This document shows positions 11,201-23,600 of a DNA stretch of 64,000 nt, piece after piece; the first letter of the stretch is position 1; the number at the start of each line of letters is the position of its first letter. Origin of the DNA: Carpediemonas membranifera BICM. Lineage: Eukaryota; Protista; Fornicata. Where the stretch lies: positions 520,325-584,324 of the forward strand of contig JAHDYR010000066.1 of the NCBI GenBank assembly GCA_019828565.1. Reading direction: 5' to 3'. The notes beneath the pieces were generated by a model, which saw nothing but the letters and a program-made list of their open reading frames with translations, did not search any database and was not told where the DNA came from. The position numbers and the translations under genes are program-made.

Positions 11201-14200
11201 CACCCAGGTCGGCGCCCTGTCTGTCTCCATGGGGCACGCCGACCCCGCCATCGCCGCGACCCTCTACCCGGACATCAGCGGGTCTCTCGCTGACGCCGCG
11301 GACACCATCCAGGGGGCGCTGGACCCGTTGGCCAGAGCGGACGGCTGGTCGACGATGTCGGTGGCCACGCGGGCTGTCAGCGAGCCCAGCAAGACGCGCT
11401 TCGTCAGCCATGAGAAATGGACCGTCCTCAGCAGCATTGCCACGAGTATGGCGCTGCTGAGTGAGGCAGACGGCAGCACGGAGATCCGGGAGCTGGCCGA
11501 GGCGACCGTCCGGGACAACGGACTTTACATGGTCGCCCCGGCCTTCGCGGGGATGCTCGGGAGCCTCGTCGAGGACACCAACACGCTCCTGATCACCGCG
11601 TCCATCGTCCTGGGCGCAGTGGTTGTCATCCAGGCGACTGTGATCATTGTGACCGCGATGTGGCTCGTCAACAGGTCGTTCACCTCAATCGCCAACGTGT
11701 CGGATGACTCCCTCGTCGTCTGTCTTGACGCCACGCGGCTACAGGTCAAGAAGCAGCTCCGGGCTGTACACTTTGCCAAGATACGCATCAAGGACTTCGA
11801 CGCCGACATCGACGACTTCATGCCGGGGCAGTCCCAGGCCTCGACGATCAACTCACCAGCCTCCATGGTTGTCGACGTCGTTCACACGAAGGTCCAACCG
11901 CAGCCCCTTGACTTCAGCGAGGTCTCGGACCTCCAGATATACACACGCCGCTTCGACGACTCCGAGGCCAGCGACTCATCCTCGGAGTCGAGCTCCAGTG
12001 CGGTCAGCGGCCTCAACGTCCCCCTGCTTGGCCGCTTCTTCCGGCGGGCCCCGAACAAGTCGCTGTCGGCCGGCGTTGTTGTGAGCTCCTTGCTGGTGTG
12101 CACGCTGGTGCTGGTGATCGGGCTCATTGTCGCCCAGTACAACTGGTACGGCTCGACTGCCGAGGCTCATCGCGTGACAACGGGCCTGCTCCACACGGGC
12201 CTGATCGTCGTGGTTAACGAGTTCATGCTCTTCAAGCACGCCATGAACCGCTTCGTCATGACGGGGACGGCCGATGCGTTCAATGAAGTGGAGACGCTGC
12301 TGAGGACAGCAGATCCGAGCTACATAACCCGCCACGTACACACGATCTACTGCCCCTTCGCGGAGCTCGAAAGCGTCAACGACATTTCGACGTACCTCGC
12401 AGACACATATCTGCCCAACGTCGCCCTCACCCTCGCAGCATGGTCCTACGGGTTCACCACAGGCCTGGTAGACCTTACAAATGAGAGCTGGAACGTTACC
12501 GCGGAGACCAAGCGCGTCGCCGACCGTGCACTTTACGACCGTGCCAACTGGTACACGAACGCAACCGCAGACGCCGCGGCGTCCCCCGAAAGCCAGCTTA
12601 ACATCTCTAAGGCCGTCGCGTTCGACGAGATGACTTCAGAGATCGGGGCGAACATCTTCTCCACGGCGGAGGACATCGTCGTCGCCGCCCGAGACTTCGC
12701 GACCGAGCTGCATACCAGGCCGTGGCTGACCATCTTCGTGTTCAGCACCTGCCTGCTGCTATTTGTCGGGCTGAATGTCATTCTGGGCGCCGTAGTGGCG
12801 TACACGACGCCCAAGAACACGATCATCCACGGCATGATACTGACGACGATCACGGTCAGTCTCGTGGCGCTCGTCTTCGTGCTGATGCCCGCCTTCTTCT
12901 ATAGCACCCAGGCGGACAACATGAAGGCGCTGGCGGCCATCATCCGGTTCTTCATGGGCCGATACGACTACATCAGCAACGCCGAGGCCTTCGTGTTCAA
13001 CGCCGACCTCCCCATCGACGCCGTCGTGCGGGATAAGGACATCGTCATCGACACTCGGCTGGATGTAGACGACCTCGGCATCCAGGTGGACAGGCTGTTT
13101 GCGGAGGTGTGCACTGCGCTGAACATCTCGCTGGTCCTATCGGCCAAGGCCACAGGCCGCGAGGTTACATCCGACCTCGACAACTACACGTGGGATGTCT
13201 CGGGTGGCAGGGCCCAGGACGTCGGCCGATACACCAACCGGACGTACGATACGGCCCAGTCGGACGAGTACATGCTCGCGATGGCGTACGCCGTGCTTAC
13301 GGACACCGTGATGATGGTCGACTTCCGGGCTTTCGTCGGGATGGTCACAGATCAGACGGCTGAGTTCACCAAGACCATAGAAGACCAGTTCGACGCGTAT
13401 GCCACCGCCATGCTAGTCAGCACGGCTGGCACTGAGGCCTGCTTAACTGTCATCGCGGTGCTGCTCGTCTTCGGGATCGTCCCCACCGCCGTCCTGACGA
13501 AGGGATCCCTCGGCATCCACCGCACAACGGTCTCCCGCCGCCGCCGCATCCTCAAGAGCGCGTATCGCCGGTTCCTGACGTCCCTTGTGGCCGTGGTGGT
13601 GTGCGTGACAGCCGTCATCCTGGCCATCATCGTCGTCATCTTCGTCTTCTTCACGGCACACTCAAGCCTGATGCAGTACCTCGCCGCGGTCACACCCGCC
13701 GCACCCCTCGCCCTCAACGTCTTGGCCCGTCTCACAGCCCTCGTGGAGGACAGACCGGCCGCCATCCGCCACACGGCGGAGCTCGCGGACACCATAAGCG
13801 ACCTGGAGGCCATCATTGCTGATCTGTCGCCGTCGGCCGCCGGCATCATTCCTTATGTCGTGTTCGAGGGCACCGGGGCCTACACCACGGCCATCTCGGC
13901 CCTGAACGCCCTCATCACGGCCGTGGACGTGTCCGACCCTGTGATCAGCGAGGACATCGCATCGACGGCCGTTGATGCGGCCAAAGCCATCTTCGACCTA
14001 TTCTCCAGCCGGCAGAGCACGTTCGGCTGGCTGGTCTCGGTCGAGGAGTACGGCCTGTTGACCGTGTGCACGGGCTTCCTGTGCGCCGTCGTCCTGCTGT
14101 ACTTGGTCGCCATGCAGCTGTTGATCTCAAGGCTGTCGGCATACAGCCGGGTGCTGCCGATGATGCAGAGCCACCTCGAGATCCAACGCCGGCAGCAGTG

Positions 14201-14201
14201 A
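8288..14201 (+). CDS. Large multipass membrane protein, TmcB/TmcC-like; predicted intron 8418-8451
   Basis: Many hydrophobic segments. FWTLLL...AEKTYHRLFRRHRANPVVREWYAAF resembles the TmcB/C TPR-like segment. Removing GT...CTTACTCTAG (34 nt) joins ATG 8288 in frame to the 1928-aa ORF. Confidence 0.75.
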
Positions 14202-14443
14202 CATAGTATGCACATACCATTTTATAAACTAATCAATTGATTGAGCGCACTTAAAGCATTCCGAATCGGCATTTACATCTGAGACGCACGCCACCGCCTC
14301 TGATCAGCAGACACTCTGTTAGTGCCCCGCACCCGCATCCTCGCACGTCCCCTGTTGCTCGATGACAGCCCAGCGATACGCGTGGACTAGTGCTTATTCG
14401 TGGGTAGGTTGGTGCTCTCGGTTGAGGAGACCGTACAGCCCAT

Positions 14444-14627
14444 CACTGCCCCCCCAACGACTTGATGTTTGTTACAGCTGTCCACGAAGAAGACGCTTTG
14501 TGGAAGCTCTGGAGAAGACGATCTCCCTACCGACTTAAGATGTGACTAGTAGGAGGGAGACAGGGCAGTGTTGCGCAGTATATAAATCTCATATAAAACC
14601 TGATATAAAACAGGTGCCTATCCTGCG
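14444..14627. repeat. Dispersed structured intergenic element, copy 2
   Basis: Core 14556-14578 is identical to 4134-4156; same stems as copy 1. Confidence 0.7.
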
Positions 14628-14700
14628 TGTCAAACATCGTATGCGGGATGACATGGTGTAACTTAGCTACGAACTGACACGCTACGGTGTATACACACCA

Positions 14701-15531
14701 ATGAAGTTCGGTATAATCCTAGTATTTGGCCTTTTCGCCTCTGTCTTCGCCCAATGCGTTATCTCGCAAGAGGAAGCCCTCATGAACATGTACGTTGCCC
14801 TCGGCGGCGATTCCTGGACCGACAACACCAACTGGAATACAGGTGATGCCTGCACGTGGTATGGCATCAGCTGCAACATCGATGGCAACGTTGTCGGCAT
14901 CGACCTCTCAAACAACAACCTCGTCGGCCTCCTCACCGACGACATCGGGTGCTTCCCCTTCCTCAAGAGCCTCCAGCTCAACGACAACGAGATCTCCGGC
15001 CCCGTCCCCGATGCTATTGGCGAGCTGACCAACCTCAAGTACCTCAACCTTGACAACAACCTCCTGACTGGCCCCCTGCCCACCGCCCTCTGCGCTGACG
15101 AGCACCTCCAGTACATCTACCTCGGCCACAACCTCTTCGAGGGCGATATCCCTGCCTGCTACGTCACCAACTTCACCTTCGTCAAGGAGGTCCACCTCGA
15201 CTGCAACCTGCTCACCGGCGACCTCCTCGACTTCTCCGGCTACGAGTACATGTTCGAGCTCCGCTCCCGCTGCAACAACTTCAATGTTGAGTGCCCCGCC
15301 TGGATTGAGACCACTGACATGCTCGTCATCTGCTCTGGCGACTGCGAGGACTGCCCCATTGTCCCCCCGACCCAGTGCCCCGAGTTCGTCGAGGTCGAGG
15401 ACTGCGGCCTCTACTATCCCGTCCTCCCTACGAGCCAGCCCGTCGCCTCTGTCGAGTCGAATGTCCCCATGAAGAGCCCCTCGGTTTGGGCTCGCGTCAT
15501 GCATGTCGTGTCGACCTGGTTGGCGTGGTAA
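14701..15531 (+). CDS. Secreted Cys-rich leucine-rich-repeat protein (plant-type LRRs with LRRNT cap)
   Basis: Signal peptide MKFGIILVFGLFASVFA, CTWYGISC cap, LxLxxNxLxGxIP repeats. Confidence 0.88.
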   Translation: MKFGIILVFGLFASVFAQCVISQEEALMNMYVALGGDSWTDNTNWNTGDACTWYGISCNIDGNVVGIDLSNNNLVGLLTDDIGCFPFLKSLQLNDNEISGPVPDAIGELTNLKYLNLDNNLLTGPLPTALCADEHLQYIYLGHNLFEGDIPACYVTNFTFVKEVHLDCNLLTGDLLDFSGYEYMFELRSRCNNFNVECPAWIETTDMLVICSGDCEDCPIVPPTQCPEFVEVEDCGLYYPVLPTSQPVASVESNVPMKSPSVWARVMHVVSTWLAW

Positions 15532-15830
15532 GACATAAAGTGATCGAGTGAGACACGAATGATTCAAATCTGATCCAAATCACGATTGTCAGCTCCAAAT
15601 TAGCTAGTCAACAGCGGTCAACGACGTTGAGATTCAGCAGCAATCGTCATGACAATTTTCGCTCTAGGCAAAAAGTCACCATCGCATCGCTAGGCTGGCT
15701 TGGGACGGATTCGCCGTGTGTTCTCATCATGATCCGGTGATCGAGTCGGGATTGAGTCTGTCGAAAAACCGCTCTCAACCATCTGCGAAAAGCAACATTT
15801 CCGATGCCTGAAGATCAGGTTCGAGGCTCT

Positions 15831-17358
15831 ATGACGCATAGTAATGAGCAAGTTGGCAGCAATTTGAAGCATTTGCGCCCCGAGGGCTACTGGAACACGT
15901 GGAGACTCCTTGTGCTCAATCTGAGCATGGGTGGCCTCCAGTTTGCCTTTGCCATCATGGGATCGTGCGTATTCCCGATGTTCGTGCTTACACAGCTTCG
16001 TGAGCCCCTATCAGAAGTACAAGCTCCAGATGCAGCCCTGGGAGTCCTACCTCTCTTTCCTGGCCGGTCCCATCTGCGGCTTCTTCGTCCAGCCCATCGT
16101 CGGTGCGTTGTCCGATCGCTGCTCTCTGTTGTTCGGCCGTAGACGCCCTTACATTGTCGCTGGTGCGATCACCACGGCCCTGTCGCTCGCCTTCCTCTGC
16201 TTCTCATGGGTCCCTGGCCAGATCTTCACCCCGCACAACCCCGCCCGCGTCGCCGTCATTGTCGCGCTGATCGGGCTGATTCTGCTGAACACGACGATCA
16301 ACATGATGCTCGCCCCCGTCCGCTCCATCATCCAGGACATCGTGCCCCAGCAGGCACTCGACAAGGGTAACGCGTACTCCGCCCTGATGCTGGGCGCGGC
16401 GTTCTTCCTCTGCAACATCATGTTCTTCATCCTGCTCGCCGTCTTCGGCATCAGACCCGCCGATGCGAGCTTCGTGACCCTCCTCGAGGCGATGGGTGCC
16501 TTTGGCGCCGTTGTCATCGTGCTTCTCACCATCCCCACCCTCATCATTGGCCGCGAGTCCCCCCTCAAGCAGGTCGAGCAGGTCGCCGCGGCCAAGCTCG
16601 GCGATGACGCCAAGGAGCCCGAGGCGAAGCGTTTCTTCCTCATCGACATGGCCATCACGCTCATCCACATGCCCGCTCGCCTCAAGACGGTCTGCCTGGT
16701 GTTCTTCCTCTCCTGGGCCGGCTACTTCCCCGTCCAGATGTTCACGTCCTCCCTGTTTAACCTCACAGAGGCCTGCCTCGCCATCGCCATCTCCAACCTA
16801 GTCGGGTCCCTGTGGACATTCCCCCTGGCGTGGCTCTGCTCCCGGTTCGGTGAGAAGTGGCCCTACTTCTGCACACAGACGCTGGCCGCCATCTCGACTG
16901 TGGGCATGGTCTTTGTCGGCCCCCTCAACGGCGCATTCCCCCACAGCAACTTCGTCACCGTGCCCGCGCTGATCATCCTGATGTCGTTCATCGGCATCAA
17001 CACGACGACGACCAACTCGGCGCCCTTCAGCATGATCGGCAAGGAGCAGTCCGACAACGCCGGGGCTTACGTCGGTGTCATGAACGCCTTCTGCGTGCTT
17101 GCACAGGCAACGGTCCTGCTACTGTCGTCGATCGTCTCCTTCCCCTTTGGCATCATCCCCTTCCTGAAGCACTCCGCCTTCTTCACTGAGGTCCACAACC
17201 TCGTGCCCCTCATCCTATCCGCTATGTTCACCATCGCCGCAGCCGTCTGCTGCCTTTTCCTCCGCACCCGCTCAGTGAAGGAGCTCATGGCCGAGGCCCA
17301 GGGCTACCAGGACCTCGAGGCCGACGAGACTACAGGCCTGCTCGACGATGACATGTAA
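15831..17358 (+). CDS. MFS sugar transporter (SLC45/sucrose-transporter-like); intron 15965-15995
   Basis: GGLQFAFA in exon 1; GPICGFFVQPIVGALSDRC...GRRRPY and GAYVGVMNAF in exon 2. A 31-nt GTGCGT...CTTACACAG intron restores the frame. Confidence 0.9.
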
Positions 17359-17606
17359 ATTAACGGTCTGCGCGAACCGAGATGATGCCCCAGCCATTAC
17401 CTCCTGTTGTGCGGCAGGGCTGCATCCACGGCGCTCTCGTTGGGCTGCCCGCGCTCACACCAAGGATGTGAGAGTGACGTTCGAGCCGATGAGTCCACTC
17501 GATGCCGCCTCGATCATCGACACTGATTGTCGATTTTGGTGCAAGTCCGCTCAGCTTGACCACACAATCAACAAAAATCGCGAAAAAAGATGAAGACAAG
17601 AGCACG

Positions 17607-20600
17607 ATGAAGCACAGCAACCACAGATTAATGCTTCAGTATTTCGTGTCCTATGGACGAAAATCCACAATTTGTACTCATAGAAAGCCTTTAATTCATC
17701 TTATCTTCGCCACATGCGTCATGATGCTGATGGTGCGCTCAACCACAGCCACGATCACCGGTTTGACGGGAACAAAGATGTGCCCGCTGATAGATACCGC
17801 TGCTGGCAATGCTGGGCAATACCATGTCGTCCTCGAGGGCGATATCCTTCTTCTCGATGGCGCAACCTCGGAGTCAACACCTGCAACACCAAATAGCGGA
17901 CTCGTCTCGGCGTACAACCTGGAACATGGCACGAGTTCCATGATCGATAGCCCAGTTCCAGTTAGTTATAAGAAGTTCGGCTACGGGCTGGACATGAGTC
18001 TCCCCTATACTGTCATCGGGTCGTTTATGGCCGATGTGGCTTACGTGTTCAAGCTAACCACCAATACGCCCGCAACTATGGACTGGACACAGCTCTGTGA
18101 GCTTTCGGTCATCTACACCACAGCTCAGGGAGCGACCTCATTCGACCAGTTCGGCAGGCAAGTCGGCGTTAGTGGGTCCTGGATTGTTGTCTTCATGATG
18201 AAATCCAGCTCTGCCTATGCGGCCATGTTTCAAATCAATTCCGATACGGTCACGCACCACAGCGACGTGACCCTTAGTGGCATGAACTACGCTACCTCAA
18301 TTGCTATTGATGGAGACACGTTCGTCGTAGGCAAGGACCAAAGTGACGCGAAGGTCTACACATACGACTCGGGCACATGGTCCTACGACGCCCCTCTGTA
18401 TTCTGTGGGCCTTGCATCATACTATGGTCGCGAGGTAGCCATCTCTGGTGACATCATCGCCGTCAGCGTGAATATCAATGGTGGCAAGGTCGGTGCAGTC
18501 TACACCCGGACGGCGGGCACGTGGGGCTCGACTGGTACGCCCCTGGAGATCCCCTCGGGGGAAGGCTGGGCGACAGGCACGGATGGATCGATCGACATCT
18601 ACAGCACCGCCATCATCGTCGGCCAGAGCAGCTCAACGGCACCGACCCACACAGCCGTCTTCTTCTTCGAGAGCGGCACCTGGACGCCGTCAGAGAGCCT
18701 CACTGGGACCGGCCTCGAGTACGCAGGCCGCGTTGCTATTGGGTCTGAGTACATTGCAGCAACAGCCTACCGCGCTGATTGCACCGCATCCGGCTCCGGT
18801 GCGGCGTTCTACTCGACTTACTCGGCTCCGACCCCCGCCGTCGTCACATGCAGCGCCGGTACGTACAACGATGGCGGGACATGCACAACGTGCCCGCCAG
18901 GCACGTACTCCAGCGGCGGGGCGACCAGCTGCACCCAGGCGACGGCGGGCCACAAGACGAACAGCGGCAAGACAGATCAGGAGGACTGCCCCGCAGGCAC
19001 ATACTCGGAGGCCGGCGCGGATTCCTGCACGGGTTGCCCAACAGGCAAGTACTCGTCGGCGGTCTCCTCGGAGTGCACGCAGACGTCCATCGGCTACAAG
19101 ACGAAGTCCGACCAGTCCGGCCAGGAACCGTGCAACGGCGGGTACTTCCAGCCCAGCGCCGGCCAGACGGATTGCGAGGAGAGCACGCCCGGCCATTACG
19201 TCCCCGCCAACGGCGAGGGGCATGACAGGCAGCTGGACTGCCAGGCCGGCAAGTACTCGGGAGCCCATGCCAGCGCCTGCACGTCCTCGGCCGCGGGCTA
19301 CCGCACCAACGACGACCGGAGCGGCGAGGTGATCTGCGATGCAGGCACCGTCTCCGCCGGTGGCGCCGACACGTGCTCGAACTGCAACTCCGGCGAATAC
19401 CAGGACCAGGCCGGCCAGCCGACGTGCAAGACGGCCACCGCCGGCAACTACGTTCCCGCGGGCGGGGCGAGGACCGAACAGACCTCGTGCCCGCCAGGCA
19501 CGTACTCCAGCGGCGGGGCGACCAGCTGCACCCAGGCGACGGCGGGCCACAAGACGAACAGCGGCAAGACAGATCAGGAGGACTGCCCCGCAGGCACATA
19601 CTCGGAGGCCGGCGCGGATTCCTGCACGGGTTGCCCAACAGGCAAGTACTCGTCGGCGGTCTCCTCGGAGTGCACGCAGACGTCCATCGGCTACAAGACG
19701 AAGTCCGACCAGTCCGGCCAGGAACCGTGCAACGGCGGGTACTTCCAGCCCAGCGCCGGCCAGACGGATTGCGAGGAGAGCACGCCCGGCCATTACGTCC
19801 CCGCCAACGGCGAGGGGCATGACAGGCAGCTGGACTGCCAGGCCGGCAAGTACTCGGGAGCCCATGCCAGCGCCTGCACGTCCTCGGCCGCGGGCTACCG
19901 CACCAACGACGACCGGAGCGGCGAGGTGATCTGCGATGCAGGCACCGTCTCCGCCGGTGGCGCCGACACGTGCTCGAACTGCAACTCCGGCGAATACCAG
20001 GACCAGGCCGGCCAGCCGACGTGCAAGACGGCCACCGCCGGCAACTACGTTCCCGCGGGCGGGGCGAGGACCGAACAGACCTCGTGCCCGCCAGGCACGT
20101 ACTCCAGCGGCGGGGCGACCAGCTGCACCCAGGCGACGGCGGGCCACAAGACGAACAGCGGCAAGACAGATCAGGAGGACTGCCCCGCAGGCACATACTC
20201 GGAGGCCGGCGCGGATTCCTGCACGGGTTGCCCAACAGGCAAGTACTCGTCGGCGGTCTCCTCGGAGTGCACGCAGACGTCCATCGGCTACAAGACGAAG
20301 TCCGACCAGTCCGGCCAGGAACCGTGCAACGGCGGGTACTTCCAGCCCAGCGCCGGCCAGACGGATTGCGAGGAGAGCACGCCCGGCCATTACGTCCCCG
20401 CCAACGGCGAGGGGCATGACAGGCAGCTGGACTGCCAGGCCGGCAAGTACTCGGGAGCCCATGCCAGCGCCTGCACGTCCTCGGCCGCGGGCTACCGCAC
20501 CAACGACGACCGGAGCGGCGAGGTGATCTGCGATGCAGGCACCGTCTCCGCCGGTGGCGCCGACACGTGCTCGAACTGCAACTCCGGCGAATACCAGGAC

Positions 20601-23600
20601 CAGGCCGGCCAGCCGACGTGCAAGACGGCCACCGCCGGCAACTACGTTCCCGCGGGCGGGGCGAGGACCGAACAGACCTCGTGCCCGCCAGGCACGTACT
20701 CCAGCGGCGGGGCGACCAGCTGCACCCAGGCGACGGCGGGCCACAAGACGAACAGCGGCAAGACAGATCAGGAGGACTGCCCCGCAGGCACATACTCGGA
20801 GGCCGGCGCGGATTCCTGCACGGGTTGCCCAACAGGCAAGTACTCGTCGGCGGTCTCCTCGGAGTGCACGCAGACGTCCATCGGCTACAAGACGAAGTCC
20901 GACCAGTCCGGCCAGGAACCGTGCAACGGCGGGTACTTCCAGCCCAGCGCCGGCCAGACGGATTGCGAGGAGAGCACGCCCGGCCATTACGTCCCCGCCA
21001 ACGGCGAGGGGCATGACAGGCAGCTGGACTGCCAGGCCGGCAAGTACTCGGGAGCCCATGCCAGCGCCTGCACGTCCTCGGCCGCGGGCTACCGCACCAA
21101 CGACGACCGGAGCGGCGAGGTGATCTGCGATGCAGGCACCGTCTCCGCCGGTGGCGCCGACACGTGCTCGAACTGCAACTCCGGCGAATACCAGGACCAG
21201 GCCGGCCAGCCGACGTGCAAGACGGCCACCGCCGGCAACTACGTTCCCGCGGGCGGGGCGAGGACCGAACAGACCTCGTGCCCGCCAGGCACGTACTCCA
21301 GCGGCGGGGCGACCAGCTGCACCCAGGCGACGGCGGGCCACAAGACGAACAGCGGCAGGACAGATCAGGAGGACTGCCCCGCAGGCACATACTCGGAGGC
21401 CGGCGCGGATTCCTGCACGGGTTGCCCAACAGGCAAGTACTCGTCGGCGGTCTCCTCGGAGTGCACGCAGACGTCCATCGGCTACAAGACGAAGTCCGAC
21501 CAGTCCGGCCAGGAACCGTGCAACGGCGGGTACTTCCAGCCCAGCGCCGGCCAGACGGATTGCGAGGAGAGCACGCCCGGCCATTACGTCCCCGCCAACG
21601 GCGAGGGGCATGACAGGCAGCTGGACTGCCAGGCCGGCAAGTACTCGGGAGCCCATGCCAGCGCCTGCACGTCCTCGGCCGCGGGCTACCGCACCAACGA
21701 CGACCGGAGCGGCGAGGTGATCTGCGATGCAGGCACCGTCTCCGCCGGTGGCGCCGACACGTGCTCGAACTGCAACTCCGGCGAATACCAGGACCAGGCC
21801 GGCCAGCCGACGTGCAAGACGGCCACCGCCGGCAACTACGTTCCCGCGGGCGGGGCGAGGACCGAACAGACCTCGTGCCCGCCAGGCACGTACTCCAGCG
21901 GCGGGGCGACCAGCTGCACCCAGGCGACGGCGGGCCACAAGACGAACAGCGGCAGGACAGATCAGGAGGACTGCCCCGCAGGCACATACTCGGAGGCCGG
22001 CGCGGATTCCTGCACGGGTTGCCCAACAGGCAAGTACTCGTCGGCGGTCTCCTCGGAGTGCACGCAGACTTCCATCGGCTACAAGACGAAGTCCGACCAG
22101 TCCGGCCAGGAACCGTGCAACGGCGGGTACTTCCAGCCCAGCGCCGGCCAGACGGATTGCGAGGAGAGCACGCCCGGCCATTACGTCCCCGCCAACGGCG
22201 AGGGGCATGACAGGCAGCTGGACTGCCAGGCCGGCAAGTACTCGGGAGCCCATGCCAGCGCCTGCACGTCCTCGGCCGCGGGCTACCGCACCAACGACGA
22301 CCGGAGCGGCGAGGTGATCTGCGATGCAGGCACCGTCTCCGCCGGTGGCGCCGACACGTGCTCGAACTGCAACTCCGGCGAATACCAGGACCAGGCCGGC
22401 CAGCCGACGTGCAAGACGGCCACCGCCGGCAACTACGTTCCCGCGGGCGGGGCGAGGACCGAACAGACCTCGTGCCCGCCAGGCACGTACTCCAGCGGCG
22501 GGGCGACCAGCTGCACCCAGGCGACGGCGGGCCACAAGACGAACAGCGGCAAGACAGATCAGGAGGACTGCCCCGCAGGCACATACTCGGAGGCCGGCGC
22601 GGATTCCTGCACGGGTTGCCCAACAGGCAAGTACTCGTCGGCGGTCTCCTCGGAGTGCACGCAGACGTCCATCGGCTACAAGACGAAGTCCGACCAGTCC
22701 GGCCAGGAACCGTGCAACGGCGGGTACTTCCAGCCCAGCGCCGGCCAGACGGATTGCGAGGAGAGCACGCCCGGCCATTACGTCCCCGCCAACGGCGAGG
22801 GGCATGACAGGCAGCTGGACTGCCAGGCCGGCAAGTACTCGGGAGCCCATGCCAGCGCCTGCACGTCCTCGGCCGCGGGCTACCGCACCAACGACGACCG
22901 GAGCGGCGAGGTGATCTGCGATGCAGGCACCGTCTCCGCCGGTGGCGCCGACACGTGCTCGAACTGCAACTCCGGCGAATACCAGGACCAGGCCGGCCAG
23001 CCGACGTGCAAGACGGCCACCGCCGGCAACGACGTTCCCGCGGGCGGGGCGAGGACCGAACAGACCTCGTGCCCGCCAGGCACGTACTCCAGCGGCGGGG
23101 CGACCAGCTGCACCCAGGCGACGGCGGGCCACAAGACGAACAGCGGCAAGACAGATCAGGAGGACTGCCCCGCAGGCACATACTCGGAGGCCGGCGCGGA
23201 TTCCTGCACGGGTTGCCCAACAGGCAAGTACTCGTCGGCGGTCTCCTCGGAGTGCACGCAGACGTCCATCGGCTACAAGACGAAGTCCGACCAGTCCGGC
23301 CAGGAACCGTGCAACGGCGGGTACTTCCAGCCCAGCGCCGGCCAGACGGATTGCGAGGAGAGCACGCCCGGCCATTACGTCCCCGCCAACGGCGAGGGGC
23401 ATGACAGGCAGCTGGACTGCCAGGCCGGCAAGTACTCGGGAGCCCATGCCAGCGCCTGCACGTCCTCGGCCGCGGGCTACCGCACCAACGACGACCGGAG
23501 CGGCGAGGTGATCTGCGATGCAGGCACCGTCTCCGCCGGTGGCGCCGACACGTGCTCGAACTGCAACTCCGGCGAATACCAGGACCAGGCCGGCCAGCCG

